A DNA stretch of 64,000 nt from Escherichia coli (lineage in GTDB: Bacteria > Pseudomonadota > Gammaproteobacteria > Enterobacterales > Enterobacteriaceae). Positions 51,487 through 62,442 of the stretch are shown one piece after another. Made by a program: the position numbers and the translations under genes. Where the stretch lies: assembly GCF_009931435.1 (NCBI RefSeq), contig NZ_CP043414.1; one strand, 5' to 3'. Position 1 is the first letter of the stretch. Each line of letters starts with the position of its first letter. Below the pieces are notes generated by a model. The model ran no database searches, had not been told where the DNA came from, and saw nothing but the letters and a program-made list of their open reading frames with translations.

Positions 51487-52392
51487 TCAGAACGCGTAAT
51501 TCACACCGACACCTGCATAATGGAATTTATCGCTGTCGCCTTCATCGTGATCCTGCCACTCAAACGCGTATTCCAGCGAAACGGAAAGACCATTCTGGAA
51601 ATCATAACCGTAAAACAAACCAAGACGGTTAAAATCATGGCCTTCACGTTCGATATCATCCTGCCAGTCCCAGTTACTCCAGCGATCCAACCCAATGCGC
51701 GTATACGGTGTTACCGAGTGATTGCCGAGCGTCAGCGGTAAATAGGCGCGAATTTCTTGCGTGGAGAATTCACCGTTATTGCGGCTGTCGTCCATATTGA
51801 AGCCGCGCTCGAGATAATAGTTCACTCGCAAGGCAACCGTTTCGTTGAAGGTATATTGCAGACCCGTTTCCGTTTCGACACGGGTATCAGCATAACCGGT
51901 TGTATTCAGATCGTTGGCAAATTTATACATCGACAGCCATCCGTTGAAACGTAAATCGTCAGTCAGTTTCACGTCCCAGTCTGGCGCGATTTTCCAGCGC
52001 TGCATATTTGCCGTGTCTTTACCCGGTTCATCAACGTAGTGATAACCATAGTTACGGAAACCACCGGTCAGGCCGAAACTGAAATCATCGCTTTCGAGAA
52101 ACTGATAATGCACTTCCAGTTCCGGGCGATCAAACCAGGTTCCACGTTTACCCGCGCTATAATCTACCGGCCCTTCCTGGTAATAAGCCAGCGATATTCT
52201 CCACGGCCCATTGGCAGCATTAAAATAGACGGAAGGCTCCGCCAGCCCGTCCATATCTTCGCCATAACCCTCGACGTTTTCTATTTCGTACATCGCGCCG
52301 ATATTAAAGTGCCAGTCGTTTTTTTCCTCAGCCTGTGCGCAGGCCATTCCCGCACACATCACCAGTGCGGTACAGGGTAATAACTTTTTCAT
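51487..52392 (-). CDS. ompG: Outer membrane porin OmpG (monomeric 14-strand beta-barrel)
   Basis: 301-aa ORF, signal peptide MKKLLPCTALVMCAGMACAQA, C-terminal ...VNYAF. Confidence 0.95.
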   Translation of the reverse strand: MKKLLPCTALVMCAGMACAQAEEKNDWHFNIGAMYEIENVEGYGEDMDGLAEPSVYFNAANGPWRISLAYYQEGPVDYSAGKRGTWFDRPELEVHYQFLESDDFSFGLTGGFRNYGYHYVDEPGKDTANMQRWKIAPDWDVKLTDDLRFNGWLSMYKFANDLNTTGYADTRVETETGLQYTFNETVALRVNYYLERGFNMDDSRNNGEFSTQEIRAYLPLTLGNHSVTPYTRIGLDRWSNWDWQDDIEREGHDFNRLGLFYGYDFQNGLSVSLEYAFEWQDHDEGDSDKFHYAGVGVNYAF

Positions 52393-52436
52393 TATTGTTC
52401 CTTGTATTATCCTGGGGGAATGCCTTCCCCCTGTAT

Positions 52437-53519
52437 TTAGCGAATTGCTATTTCCGTTTCTGCATCAAAGAAATGACATTTGGTCATATCGAAATGAATA
52501 GTGACGTTTTCTCCTGCATGATAATCATTTAACGCACCAGCACGGACCACTAACTCGTGCCCCCCAACCGTGGTGTAGAGCATAAATTCCGCACCGGTTA
52601 ATTCTGCCACGCTAATTTTGGCGGAAATGTTATTTTCCTCTTGCGCATCCGGATGAATATCTTCCGGGCGTATTCCCATCACGATGGGCTTATGCAAGCT
52701 TTCCTGCGTTTTCAGAACCGCTAATTTATCTTCGGGAATGGTTAATTTAAGCGTTTCCGTAACGAATTTATCGCCATCGATCGTGCCGCGAATAAAATTC
52801 ATTGCTGGTGACCCAATAAAGCCGGCAACAAACATATTCGCCGGTTGGTTATAGACCGTTTTCGGCGCACCGACCTGCTGAACAATCCCATCCTTCATAA
52901 TGACAATCCGCGTCGCCATGGTCATCGCTTCGGTCTGATCGTGGGTCACGTAGATCATGGTGGTGTTCAGTTTCTGATGCAGCTTGCTGATTTCCGCGCG
53001 CATTTGTACGCGCAGCTTGGCATCCAGGTTAGAGAGCGGTTCATCCATCAAAAACACGCCCGCTTCGCGCACAATCGCCCGTCCGAGCGCCACACGCTGG
53101 CGTTGCCCGCCGGAAAGCGCACCCGGCTTGCGTTTCAGGTACTCACGCAGGCCAAGGATTTGCGCCGCCCAGTTAACCCGCTCATCAATCACCTCTTTGG
53201 CGATTTTTTGCATCTTCAGGCCAAACGCCATGTTGTCGTAGACCGTCATATGCGGATACAGCGCGTAGTTCTGGAACACCATCGCGATATTGCGTGCTTT
53301 GGCCGGAACGTCATTCATTCGTTTACCGTCGATCAACAGATCGCCGCCGCTGATCTCCTCAAGCCCGGCAATCATACGCAGGGTGGTCGATTTACCGCAG
53401 CCCGACGGACCGACAAACACGATGAACTCTTTATCGGCAATCTCCAGGTTGAAGTCCTTCACCACATGCACCTGGTTATCGTAGATCTTTTGAATATGTT
53501 GTAACGAAAGCTGTGCCAT
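52437..53519 (-). CDS. ycjV: ABC transporter ATP-binding protein (MalK-like), intact
   Basis: 360-aa ORF. Walker A (GPSGCGKST), ABC signature (LSGGQRQR), Walker B (FLMDEPLSNLD), C-terminal MalK-type regulatory domain. No frameshift, unlike the K-12 pseudogene. Confidence 0.92.
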   Translation of the reverse strand: MAQLSLQHIQKIYDNQVHVVKDFNLEIADKEFIVFVGPSGCGKSTTLRMIAGLEEISGGDLLIDGKRMNDVPAKARNIAMVFQNYALYPHMTVYDNMAFGLKMQKIAKEVIDERVNWAAQILGLREYLKRKPGALSGGQRQRVALGRAIVREAGVFLMDEPLSNLDAKLRVQMRAEISKLHQKLNTTMIYVTHDQTEAMTMATRIVIMKDGIVQQVGAPKTVYNQPANMFVAGFIGSPAMNFIRGTIDGDKFVTETLKLTIPEDKLAVLKTQESLHKPIVMGIRPEDIHPDAQEENNISAKISVAELTGAEFMLYTTVGGHELVVRAGALNDYHAGENVTIHFDMTKCHFFDAETEIAIR

Positions 53520-53532
53520 GTTGATTCCTTTG

Positions 53533-54192
53533 CTATACGTTTTGCCAGAAGGCCGATAACCGCGGCCAGGTCAGGGACTCCGTTGAGGGCAACAGTAATT
53601 GCGCCCCAGTTAAGCCCGCGCCGATCCCCACCGAGCGCATACCGCTGGCGTTAATGGCGTCAATGCCCGCCTGCGCATCTTCAATGCCGATACATGCCTG
53701 CGGCGGCACGCCCAGCCCGGCACAGGCGGCGAGAAAGATTTCCGGGTCCGGTTTCGAGTGTTTAAGTTGGGAAGCGTCCGCGCAGAAGGTGAAAAACTCG
53801 CGCAGCTCCAGCGCCGCTAAAATTGTTGGGGCATTCAGAGAGACGGAGGCCAGCCCTACCGGGATGCCTTGCGCCCGAAGATCTGCCAGCAAAGGCCGAA
53901 TTCCCGGCAGAACAGCGTTAACCGTCAGTTCGCGCAGTGAGTGGACGTAGAGCAGATTTTTGCGATACGCCAGTTGCGCCCGCTCTTGCACGTTAAAGTC
54001 GCCCTCTTTGCCCCCGTGTTGCAGAATGCGTCGCAGGGACTCATCGCGGCTGATCCCTTTTAACGTCTCGTTAAATTGCACATCGATGCCGATGCCGATT
54101 TCGGCTGCAATCTGCTGCCATGCCTGGAAGTGCAGATGTGCGGTGTCGGTGATCACGCCATCCAGATCGAAAATTACCCCTTGTAGTTTCAT
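53533..54192 (-). CDS. ycjU: Beta-phosphoglucomutase (HAD superfamily)
   Basis: 219-aa ORF with HAD motif I DxD ([12 protein letters not shown]). Confidence 0.93.
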   Translation of the reverse strand: MKLQGVIFDLDGVITDTAHLHFQAWQQIAAEIGIGIDVQFNETLKGISRDESLRRILQHGGKEGDFNVQERAQLAYRKNLLYVHSLRELTVNAVLPGIRPLLADLRAQGIPVGLASVSLNAPTILAALELREFFTFCADASQLKHSKPDPEIFLAACAGLGVPPQACIGIEDAQAGIDAINASGMRSVGIGAGLTGAQLLLPSTESLTWPRLSAFWQNV

Positions 54193-56456
54193 TCATCCTC
54201 CTGATGCGTGGTAGCGGTCCCATTGAAGGGCAAAATAAAATCACCCAAACAGAAAACAGATTCTTCAGTCACGGAAATAAGCTGACCGTTCAACCGCAGT
54301 GAAACAGGCGCAGAAGTTCGAATCGCAATACGCTGCGCGTCGAGAGTGACCTGTAATTCGCAGCCTTGCCAGAACAGAGGGAAAGACAACTGTTGCCACT
54401 GCTCAGGTAACGCCGGATTGAGATGTAATTCGCCGTCGCGCACGCTGACTCCGGCAAAACCCTGAATCGCGCCCAGCCAGATAGCGCCAGTTGCGGCAGC
54501 GTGGATACCGTCATCGCAGCTATGCGGATCAGCACCAAGATCGATTTCACTCCCCTCGCGCCAGAACGGGTAACTCTGCGCAGGCAAGCCACAACGCGCG
54601 GCAACAATGCCGTGGATCGCTTTACTCAATGACGAGTCGTGAATGGTGCGCGGTTCATAAAATTGCAGATTGGCGAGACAAGAGGCCGCTGAAAATTGTT
54701 CCGGTAGCATGTAATTGAGCATCACCACATCGGCCTGCTTGAGGATCTGCATCTCGTTCACTTCTGCGCGTGAATAATCCAGCAGAATGGTTTGTTTGCC
54801 TGCCGCCGCTTTGTATTTCGCCAGATCTATCGCCGGTTTCGCCATAAACGAATCATCCTGCGGCAAAACGCCGTCGGGCTGAATTTCTGGCATCCACAGC
54901 TCTTTGAGGAACATGTCGGCACGATGAATAAACGCGTCGTCGCTACAGCCAAACTGGCGAGCAATATTCAGCGCCTGTTGGACGTTGTAGCAGGCCATAT
55001 AATTGGTGTATGCGTTATTATTAACGTGTTCGGTATATTCGTCTGGCCCAATAACATCATGAATTTCCAGACGATCGTTAACCCTTACCGCGCGGCTAAT
55101 CCAGAACTTTGCGGTCTCCAGCAGTAGCGCCATGCCTTCGTGAGCAATGAAGCTTTCATCCCCTGTTACCTGCCAGTATTGAATAACCGCCCAGGCGATA
55201 TCGGCAACCAGATGATGTTCTGCCAGCGCTGAGGCCACTTTTTGCCGCAGCCCGGTACGAATGTTAATGGCGGCAAATTCCGGCGTTTCTTCTTCGCCGC
55301 TACGTGCGCTCTCCCACGGAAACAGCGCGCCCTGCCAGCCATTGCGTCGCGCTTTCTCCTGCGCCCCCGGTAAGTTGTGCCAGCGATAGCGCAGCAAACT
55401 CCGGGCAATCGTCGGTTCGCTAAACAGATGGAACGGCAGCAGGAACACTTCCGTATCCCAGAAAACGTGGCCTTTGTAGCCTTCGCCGGTTAAGCCTTTC
55501 GCCGCAATGCTGCTACGCTCGTCATGGGCGGGCGTCATAATACGCAAATGATAAAGCGCATAGTCTAACGCCCGCTGATCGTGCGCATCGCAACTGTTTA
55601 CCGTGATACGACGTTTCTGCCACCATTGCTGCCAGTTTTCTGTGGATGCTGCTAGAAGTTGGTCATAACTCTGTTGCGTGCACCTTTCGAGCTGGCGAAG
55701 CGACGCACTGCCCCACTCGTCTAAAGCGGCTTGTCGGTCGTCCCGCCAGTCAATCCACACCCGCTTTTGCAAGGTCAGTGTTTCACCTGTGCGAAGTTGC
55801 GCGCTGGTATGTTGCAGCAAACGGCGCTCTTTTGCGGTATAGCACTGCTGAACGTCACCACTCGCCTGACAGTGACAACTGATGGCCACATCACTGCGCC
55901 CATCCTGGGTGGTGTAGATCCCCTGCATCAAATGCTGACCAAACACCCGCACCTGGGTTTCGTCCAGATGCTGGCGACCGTGGTTGGTTTGCGTGGCATC
56001 AATGCCTGTTGAAATCAGCACTGACGCGTCGGCGTCCAGCGGGGTAATACTGATTTCCAGCGCGACCAGCGGCAGTTGATCTGTTGAAACAAAACGACGG
56101 CTTTCAAGGGTGAACCCTGCGCCGTCGCTGGTGCGCCAGATAACACTGCGGCGTAATTCTCCACTGGCAAAGTCAAGCTCACGCTGCCACGCTTCGCAGG
56201 ATAACGAAAAAATCTCGCCGTTTAGGGTAATTTCCATTCCCACCACGTCTGGCAGATTCACCAGTTCGTTGATTTCTCCTTTACCCGCTCGATGATAAAG
56301 CCCTGCCAGATACATGCCGCGCGTCTGCCGCGTGTAATCTTCTTCATGGCTGGCACGAAGCCCAAGATAGCCGTTCCCCTGCGCCATTAATGAGGCATAT
56401 TTATTCAGGGTATGCTGGCTGAAATGGGGTTCCGTTAATGTTACTGGCCTGGTCAT
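54189..56456 (-). CDS. ycjT: Kojibiose phosphorylase (glycoside hydrolase family 65)
   Basis: 755-aa ORF, GH65-family sequence. Overlaps ycjS and ycjU by 4 nt each. Confidence 0.92.
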   Translation of the reverse strand: MTRPVTLTEPHFSQHTLNKYASLMAQGNGYLGLRASHEEDYTRQTRGMYLAGLYHRAGKGEINELVNLPDVVGMEITLNGEIFSLSCEAWQRELDFASGELRRSVIWRTSDGAGFTLESRRFVSTDQLPLVALEISITPLDADASVLISTGIDATQTNHGRQHLDETQVRVFGQHLMQGIYTTQDGRSDVAISCHCQASGDVQQCYTAKERRLLQHTSAQLRTGETLTLQKRVWIDWRDDRQAALDEWGSASLRQLERCTQQSYDQLLAASTENWQQWWQKRRITVNSCDAHDQRALDYALYHLRIMTPAHDERSSIAAKGLTGEGYKGHVFWDTEVFLLPFHLFSEPTIARSLLRYRWHNLPGAQEKARRNGWQGALFPWESARSGEEETPEFAAINIRTGLRQKVASALAEHHLVADIAWAVIQYWQVTGDESFIAHEGMALLLETAKFWISRAVRVNDRLEIHDVIGPDEYTEHVNNNAYTNYMACYNVQQALNIARQFGCSDDAFIHRADMFLKELWMPEIQPDGVLPQDDSFMAKPAIDLAKYKAAAGKQTILLDYSRAEVNEMQILKQADVVMLNYMLPEQFSAASCLANLQFYEPRTIHDSSLSKAIHGIVAARCGLPAQSYPFWREGSEIDLGADPHSCDDGIHAAATGAIWLGAIQGFAGVSVRDGELHLNPALPEQWQQLSFPLFWQGCELQVTLDAQRIAIRTSAPVSLRLNGQLISVTEESVFCLGDFILPFNGTATTHQEDE

Positions 56457-57508
56457 AATTCCACACGCGTCCCTGTTTCTGCGGATTGATACAGCGCCGC
56501 CACCAGTTGCTGGATGATGTACCCTTGCTCGGCGTCGGCAATCATCACTGGCTTGCCCTGTACGTGATTGATAAAGGCTTCCATGCTGCGCAAATGACGG
56601 TTGTCGTCGGCCAGTTCCCGTTGCATCAGCGTCATTAATTCACCGTTGTTATCGGTGTAGATATGCGCCGGAAACAGCGTGGCTCCGGCTTTATCACCGC
56701 AAAAGCTGACGTTCATAATCGACTGTTCGCGGATGTTGAGTGCAAATGATGTCTCGAGCCAAAGAATGCCGCCGTTATGAAATTCAATGGTGCCAAACAG
56801 CGAATCTTCGACGCTGTAGGTTGCCGGGTCCCACTCACCAAATTGACCACAGCTCTTTTGCGGGCCGATCTTTTGAAAGCTGTGCGCATTCACGCTTTTC
56901 ACCGCCGGAAAGCCCAGCACATACATCGCGGCATCCAGCATATGAATGCCTATGTCGATCAGCGGGCCACCGCCCTGCAATTCTTTATTGGTAAAGACAC
57001 CCCAGCCGGGAACACCGCAACGACGCAGGGCGCGGGCGGTGGTAACGTAAATCTCTCCCAAAACGCCGTTGGTCACCTGTTCACGCAGCTGTTGCGTATC
57101 GAGCGCAAAACGATGGTGAAAGTCGTAGGCCAGCACCTTGCCCTGTTTGCGCGCGGTATCGCACATTTCCCGCGCCTGTTCTGGTGTCATGGCGGGCGGT
57201 TTCTCGCACATCACATGGCAGCCTGCCTCCAGCGCCATCAGGGTATGCTCGTAATGAAAACGGTTAGGTGAACAGACGCTTACCACGTCAGGTTTTACCG
57301 CCAGCAGCATGGCCTGCGGATCGTCCCACACGGATGCGTTCCCGTATTTCTCTGCCAACGCCTGCGCCTGGGAAAGACGGCTGTCACAGACAGCCACCAG
57401 TTCCAGATCGTTGCGGGTGCAGTAGTACGAAGCATGAACCTTATCCGCCACCTGGCCCGCGCCTATTATCGCGACCCGCAGCGGAGAGCTTGTCATTGCA
57501 CTTTTCAC
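56453..57508 (-). CDS. ycjS: Gfo/Idh/MocA-family NAD-dependent sugar dehydrogenase
   Basis: 351-aa ORF with N-terminal Rossmann motif (RVAIIGAGQVADKVH). Confidence 0.9.
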   Translation of the reverse strand: MKSAMTSSPLRVAIIGAGQVADKVHASYYCTRNDLELVAVCDSRLSQAQALAEKYGNASVWDDPQAMLLAVKPDVVSVCSPNRFHYEHTLMALEAGCHVMCEKPPAMTPEQAREMCDTARKQGKVLAYDFHHRFALDTQQLREQVTNGVLGEIYVTTARALRRCGVPGWGVFTNKELQGGGPLIDIGIHMLDAAMYVLGFPAVKSVNAHSFQKIGPQKSCGQFGEWDPATYSVEDSLFGTIEFHNGGILWLETSFALNIREQSIMNVSFCGDKAGATLFPAHIYTDNNGELMTLMQRELADDNRHLRSMEAFINHVQGKPVMIADAEQGYIIQQLVAALYQSAETGTRVEL

Positions 57509-57517
57509 AAAGACCTC

Positions 57518-58306
57518 TTAGCAGGTGCGCAACCAGGCCAAAGAATCACGGTACGCCTGAGCAGGATCTTCTGCCCGAATGCGCCCTTCATACACCACAT
57601 AGCCCTGATAGTTATCGGCGCGCAGCTGTTCAAACAGCGCGTGGAAATCGAGGGTGCCACTGCCCGGCTGATAGCGATGATTATCGGCAATATGCACATG
57701 ACCAAGCAGGTCACGGTTGTCATGCAGCGCCTGCGCCAGGTTATCCTCTTCGATATTCATGTGATAGAAATCGCCGATAATCTGCACATGTTTAAGATCG
57801 TTTTCGACGATGTAACGACGTGCATCGGCGAGCGTGTTGATCATGTGGTCCTGATAGCGGTTTAGCGGTTCGAGATACACCACCGTTCCGGTACGCGCGG
57901 CCACCTTTTCCAGGAAACGCAGGGAATCGCTCACCATTTGACGATCGCCGTCCAGGCTGCGCGGTGAGGTCATCGGCGGTAAGCGGAAGGTAAACATGCC
58001 CCACGCAGCCGGAACGACAATACCTTTGCCGCCCACTTCCGCCAGCGCCTCAAGAATGCGCTCGATCTGCTTTAAACCATTAAGACGACGTTCTTCGATA
58101 AAGTCGCCAATCCAGCCGTCATAACCACCGCAGGCGGTGGTCACCGGTAAACCGGTTTCTTTAATTGCTGCTTTGACTTCTTCGAGATTGTTAACCAGCA
58201 GTTTGCCGTCAATCTCAAAACCATCAAACCCCATCTCTTTGATATAACGAAATTTCTCCAGAATATTTTCTGGAAAGAAGGCCTGATTCTGTGTACCGAT
58301 TTTCAT
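57518..58306 (-). CDS. ycjR: Sugar-phosphate isomerase/epimerase (xylose isomerase-like TIM barrel)
   Basis: 262-aa ORF of the AP endonuclease 2/xylose isomerase-like fold family. Confidence 0.88.
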   Translation of the reverse strand: MKIGTQNQAFFPENILEKFRYIKEMGFDGFEIDGKLLVNNLEEVKAAIKETGLPVTTACGGYDGWIGDFIEERRLNGLKQIERILEALAEVGGKGIVVPAAWGMFTFRLPPMTSPRSLDGDRQMVSDSLRFLEKVAARTGTVVYLEPLNRYQDHMINTLADARRYIVENDLKHVQIIGDFYHMNIEEDNLAQALHDNRDLLGHVHIADNHRYQPGSGTLDFHALFEQLRADNYQGYVVYEGRIRAEDPAQAYRDSLAWLRTC

Positions 58307-58322
58307 TTTTCCGTCCTTAGAA

Positions 58323-59375
58323 TTAAAAAGTTACGCCCATTTTGATGCTCTGTTCCGGATGCTGGTCGACATACTGCATGTAGCTTTCCGGGCTGTTAGC
58401 AAAGGTCACCACCGGGTCGATTAAATCTTCACAATTGAGATAACCGTTCATCAGCAGTTCCCAGCAGGTTTCTTCAATACGCTTGCGGCTCCAGCGCGGA
58501 TAATCCGGGTTCGGTTCACTGCACGCACGAGAGAAGACAATTTTGGCGTTGTTGAAATGCGCTTCACGTCCGAGGTTGAAACCTTCGGCAAATGGTTTGG
58601 CAAATGCGACATACGAGATGGTGCCGCCATAAGCCAGGCCGCGCAGTGCCGATTGCAGCGCGTCGGCGTAGCCGCTGGTTTCGATAATCACATCGGCACC
58701 CTGCTTGCCGGTCAGCGTTTTAATCTCTTTGCCTACATCTGTGCCAATGGGGTTAAGGCAGAAATCCGCCCCGTGGCGACGGGCAATATCACAGCGATGA
58801 GCGATAGGATCGACACCAATCACCACCGACGCGCCAGCGCGTTTTGCCAGTTGAATGGCAATTTGACCAATCGCGCCAAGCCCTACCACCACCACAAAAT
58901 CGCCCACGCGCACGTTGGCATCGCGCACGCCGCTCATGGCAAACTGCGCCGGGTCGTAACAGACGGCGTTTTTCCACGAGCTACCTTGCGGCATCTTGCG
59001 CAGTTTGTAGTTATTCACCGCGTTAATGATGACCGTTTCGGAAAGCGGGCCATAGCCGCATACGCTGTCGCCCACCGCGTAGTCGGTAACCTCGCTGCCG
59101 CACTCGATAATGTCGCCAACCACCATGTTGCCAAGCTGGAACTTGCCAAACTCAATGCCGCGCGGCGCATCTGCCGGACGCGGGGTGAACATCTGCCATT
59201 CGCCATTAAAGTCTTCATTAATAAACGGGCTGGCGGCGCGAAAATCGACCACTTCCGTCCCGTGTTTCGGCGCGCCGAACCGCACGCGGATCTTCACTTC
59301 ATTGGCTGAAATCGCTCTGTCTTCATACTCCACCAATGCGGCAACGCGCGGTGCTGTGGCTACTAACTTTTTCAT
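58323..59375 (-). CDS. ycjQ: Zinc-dependent medium-chain alcohol/sugar dehydrogenase
   Basis: 350-aa ORF with MDR-family NAD-binding motif (VVVVGLGAIGQIAIQLAK). Confidence 0.9.
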   Translation of the reverse strand: MKKLVATAPRVAALVEYEDRAISANEVKIRVRFGAPKHGTEVVDFRAASPFINEDFNGEWQMFTPRPADAPRGIEFGKFQLGNMVVGDIIECGSEVTDYAVGDSVCGYGPLSETVIINAVNNYKLRKMPQGSSWKNAVCYDPAQFAMSGVRDANVRVGDFVVVVGLGAIGQIAIQLAKRAGASVVIGVDPIAHRCDIARRHGADFCLNPIGTDVGKEIKTLTGKQGADVIIETSGYADALQSALRGLAYGGTISYVAFAKPFAEGFNLGREAHFNNAKIVFSRACSEPNPDYPRWSRKRIEETCWELLMNGYLNCEDLIDPVVTFANSPESYMQYVDQHPEQSIKMGVTF

Positions 59376-59405
59376 GTAAAACTCCTTGTCAAGAAACTGG
59401 CCGCT

Positions 59406-60248
59406 TTAGCCCTTCACGCCACCGGCGGTCAAACCACTCTTAATAAAACGTTCCGAAAGTGCATACATAATCACCACCGGCAATGCGGTCACCAGCGAGG
59501 CCGCCATCATTCGGCCCCAGATGTAATCAGGGGTACTGAACAGCGCGTTCAGGCCTACCGGTAAAGTGAAATTGCTGGCGCTGGAGAGGAAAATCGAGGC
59601 AAACAGATAGTCGTTCCACGCCACCATAAAGCAGTAGACGAACACGGATATCAGCCCGGACATCGCCAGCGGTACCGTGATGCGGAAGATGATTTGCAGC
59701 CGGTTGAGGCCATCCATCATCGCCGCTTCTTCGATTTCATCGGGGATGGTGTCGAAGTAGCTTTTCAGCATAAACACGGCGGTAGGCAGGGTTTGCGTAA
59801 CCATGGTGATGATCAGCGCCATCTCGGTGTCGTAAACGCCAAGCGCGGTGATGATTTTGAATAGCGGCACCACCAGCAAAATGCCGGAGAACATGTACAC
59901 CGTGTAGAAGCTGGCGTTGATGGTCATTCGCCCTTTAAAGCGCAGGCGGGAAAGCGCGTAAGCCCCGAGAATGCCGAGAAATACTGCTATCACGGATGAA
60001 ACTACCGACACCACCAGGCTGTTACGGAAATAATCGACAAACGGGAAAATCACCGGGTTAAAAATGTCGACGTAATGCTCCAGCGTCCACTGTTGCGGCA
60101 GCAGCGTAGGATGCAGCGATATCGCCTCTTTCGCGCTCTTAAACGAGGTCATCAGCATCACAAAAAACGGAAACAGCGTGATGATGAGAAACAGCGCCAG
60201 CCCGCAGTAAAAACCGATACGACTGAGTGTGCGTTTATTTGTTGCCAT
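59406..60248 (-). CDS. ycjP: ABC sugar transporter permease
   Basis: 280-aa ORF, 6 predicted TM helices, EAA-loop region (IEEAAMMDGLNRLQIF). Confidence 0.92.
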   Translation of the reverse strand: MATNKRTLSRIGFYCGLALFLIITLFPFFVMLMTSFKSAKEAISLHPTLLPQQWTLEHYVDIFNPVIFPFVDYFRNSLVVSVVSSVIAVFLGILGAYALSRLRFKGRMTINASFYTVYMFSGILLVVPLFKIITALGVYDTEMALIITMVTQTLPTAVFMLKSYFDTIPDEIEEAAMMDGLNRLQIIFRITVPLAMSGLISVFVYCFMVAWNDYLFASIFLSSASNFTLPVGLNALFSTPDYIWGRMMAASLVTALPVVIMYALSERFIKSGLTAGGVKG

Positions 60249-61116
60249 TGAGGTTCACCCGTTTTCTGGTCAGCAGAATGACAGCGAAAATAATGATGAA
60301 GAGCACCACCGAGATCGCCGCCGCTTTCCCTAAGTCATTAAAGGCAAAGGCGGTTTTGTAGAGATAGACGCCGAGAATATCGACCTTGGTCGTCAGCAAA
60401 TAAACGTCAGCGAACATGTAGAACATCCAGATGGTACGCAGAGTCACCACCGTCGCCAGGACCGGCATAATCGCGGGCAGCGTGACAATGCGAAACCGCT
60501 GCCAGGCATTAGCGCCATCCATCTCTGCCGCTTCGTACAGCGATTTGTCGATGGTCTGCAAAATCGCCAGAAACGAAATAAAGGCATACGGGAAGTAGCG
60601 CCAGATGGCGAACAGCACCACCAGCACAAAGCTACTGCCCGGATTATCGAACCACAGCGGTGCCTGCTCATAGAGATGCAGAAGATCGACGCCGAGGTAG
60701 TTCACAATGCCGTAGCCGTTGTTGAACATGTATTTCCAGGCGAACACCAGCGAAATAGACGGCGTTACGTAGGAGAGGATCACCAGCGAACGCGCGGTTT
60801 TGCGCAGGCGGAACTCGCGGTTGAAAAACATCGCCACCGCCAGCCCGAGCACGGTGCTGCCCGCCACCACCAGCGCGGTATACCAGACCGTCATCCACAG
60901 CGAGTGCCAGAAACCGGGATCGGAGAGGATACGCACATAGTTACTCACCCCAACAAACGTTGATTCGATGTTGGGATTGAGCGGCAGACGTAAAAAACTG
61001 ATTTCGATATTCGACACCATCGGCCACGCCACCAGACCGCCCAGCAGTAATAAGCTGGGCGCGAGAAGCAGCAGCGCAAAGGGCATATCGGAACGACCTG
61101 AAAAAAGCCTGTTCAT
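60235..61116 (-). CDS. ycjO: ABC sugar transporter permease
   Basis: 293-aa ORF with EAA motif (YEAAEMDGANAWQRFRIVTLP). Overlaps ycjP by 14 nt. Confidence 0.92.
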   Translation of the reverse strand: MNRLFSGRSDMPFALLLLAPSLLLLGGLVAWPMVSNIEISFLRLPLNPNIESTFVGVSNYVRILSDPGFWHSLWMTVWYTALVVAGSTVLGLAVAMFFNREFRLRKTARSLVILSYVTPSISLVFAWKYMFNNGYGIVNYLGVDLLHLYEQAPLWFDNPGSSFVLVVLFAIWRYFPYAFISFLAILQTIDKSLYEAAEMDGANAWQRFRIVTLPAIMPVLATVVTLRTIWMFYMFADVYLLTTKVDILGVYLYKTAFAFNDLGKAAAISVVLFIIIFAVILLTRKRVNLNGNK

Positions 61117-61136
61117 TGCGGATTCCTGTCCTGGGT

Positions 61137-62429
61137 TTAGTGCTGTTCGACCAACTCATCCAGCTTTTTCTGGCTCGCTTGCAGCGTGGTAGAGAGATCG
61201 GCTTTACCCACGGTGACGTTATGCACCATTGAGCTCACCACGCCAGAACCCGTCACATCGCCCATGCGGGTAAAGTTTTTATCCCCTACTGCGCCAAAGA
61301 CCTGAATATTTGGCAGTTCGCTAATCAACTGATTCGGCAAGTCTCCCAGCGCCTTAATCACGTCGTTATCTTTCCAGGTGGCAGTCGTCACAACCGCTTT
61401 GTTCACCGGCAGCGCCGCGCCTGGTGACATCATCACCCAGTCGGCAATGTTGTCTGCCTGCTCCATAAAGGTGACAAATTTTTCCGCCGCTTCCGTCTCT
61501 TCGCTTTTTTGCCCGGCGGTAATGGTCAGCGAGGTCAACATGCCGTAGACCGCCGAGTTTTTCTCGGTTGGCACCACGAAACCGACATTCTTCGGGTCGC
61601 CTTCTTTAATCACAGCCGGAAGGATATAGGTGGAGTAAATCGCCATCGGCGCGGTGCCGTTCATAAAGGCGTCTTTCACTTCCATAATGTCGTTAGAACC
61701 CGGCATGGTGTTGGCAGCAAGGTCGCGGTAATAGGTCAGCGCCTGCATCATCTCCGGCGTATCAAGAGTGATTTTGCCTTCGGCGTTAAAAACGTTGGCC
61801 TGATTGGATAACGCAAACTGAGAGAACGATTGTTCCGTCAGTACGCTTTCTGCCGTCGGCAGTGCAATACCGTATTTTTTATTCGCCGGATCGTTCAGTT
61901 TCTGTGCGACATCCAGCAACTGTTGCCAGTTTTTCGGCTCATCCAGCCCGGCTTTTGCCAGCACATCTTTGCGATACCAGATACCGCCAATCCATGCGCT
62001 GACAGGAACACCGGTCCAGGCGCTACCATCTTCGGTGCGCACAATCCGCAGAACGCCGTCATAAAACGCGCCTTCACCGACATTACTGATGACCGTAGCA
62101 ACCGCTTTGCGATCGATAAGCTGTTCTTTGTCCATCACTTTGGCGTAGTCATGGCTGGTTTCGATCACTTCCGGCAGCGAGCCGCTACGGGAAAGGGTGA
62201 TGACTTTGGTGTTATAGGCATCTTCTTCCACCGGCACTTGTTTAACAGTGATGCCTGGGTTTTCTTTTTCAAAACGCGCAATTAACTGACTAATTACCGC
62301 CTGGCGTTCCTGTTCCACCGAAGAATGCATAAACTCGATGGAGACATTCGTTTTATTTTCTTCTTTACAGCCTGAAATCAGGGCGCAGGAAACCAGTGCT
62401 GATAACAGCACGATTTTTGATTTAATCAT
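61137..62429 (-). CDS. ycjN: ABC sugar transporter periplasmic substrate-binding protein
   Basis: 430-aa ORF, signal peptide/lipobox-like N-terminus (MIKSKIVLLSALVSCALISGC), family-1 solute-binding protein. Confidence 0.92.
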   Translation of the reverse strand: MIKSKIVLLSALVSCALISGCKEENKTNVSIEFMHSSVEQERQAVISQLIARFEKENPGITVKQVPVEEDAYNTKVITLSRSGSLPEVIETSHDYAKVMDKEQLIDRKAVATVISNVGEGAFYDGVLRIVRTEDGSAWTGVPVSAWIGGIWYRKDVLAKAGLDEPKNWQQLLDVAQKLNDPANKKYGIALPTAESVLTEQSFSQFALSNQANVFNAEGKITLDTPEMMQALTYYRDLAANTMPGSNDIMEVKDAFMNGTAPMAIYSTYILPAVIKEGDPKNVGFVVPTEKNSAVYGMLTSLTITAGQKSEETEAAEKFVTFMEQADNIADWVMMSPGAALPVNKAVVTTATWKDNDVIKALGDLPNQLISELPNIQVFGAVGDKNFTRMGDVTGSGVVSSMVHNVTVGKADLSTTLQASQKKLDELVEQH

Positions 62430-62442
62430 GAGATGTTCCTTT

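Noticed and set aside
52845-53504. 219-aa plus-strand ORF antisense to ycjV
   Set aside because: It fully overlaps the ABC ATPase gene, whose motifs (Walker A/B, LSGGQ) are intact on the minus strand. The antisense translation is Arg/His-rich, which is typical of spurious ORFs in GC-rich coding DNA.
58557-59309. 250-aa plus-strand ORF antisense to ycjQ
   Set aside because: It overlaps the dehydrogenase gene, which has a clear Rossmann motif on the minus strand. No independent evidence.
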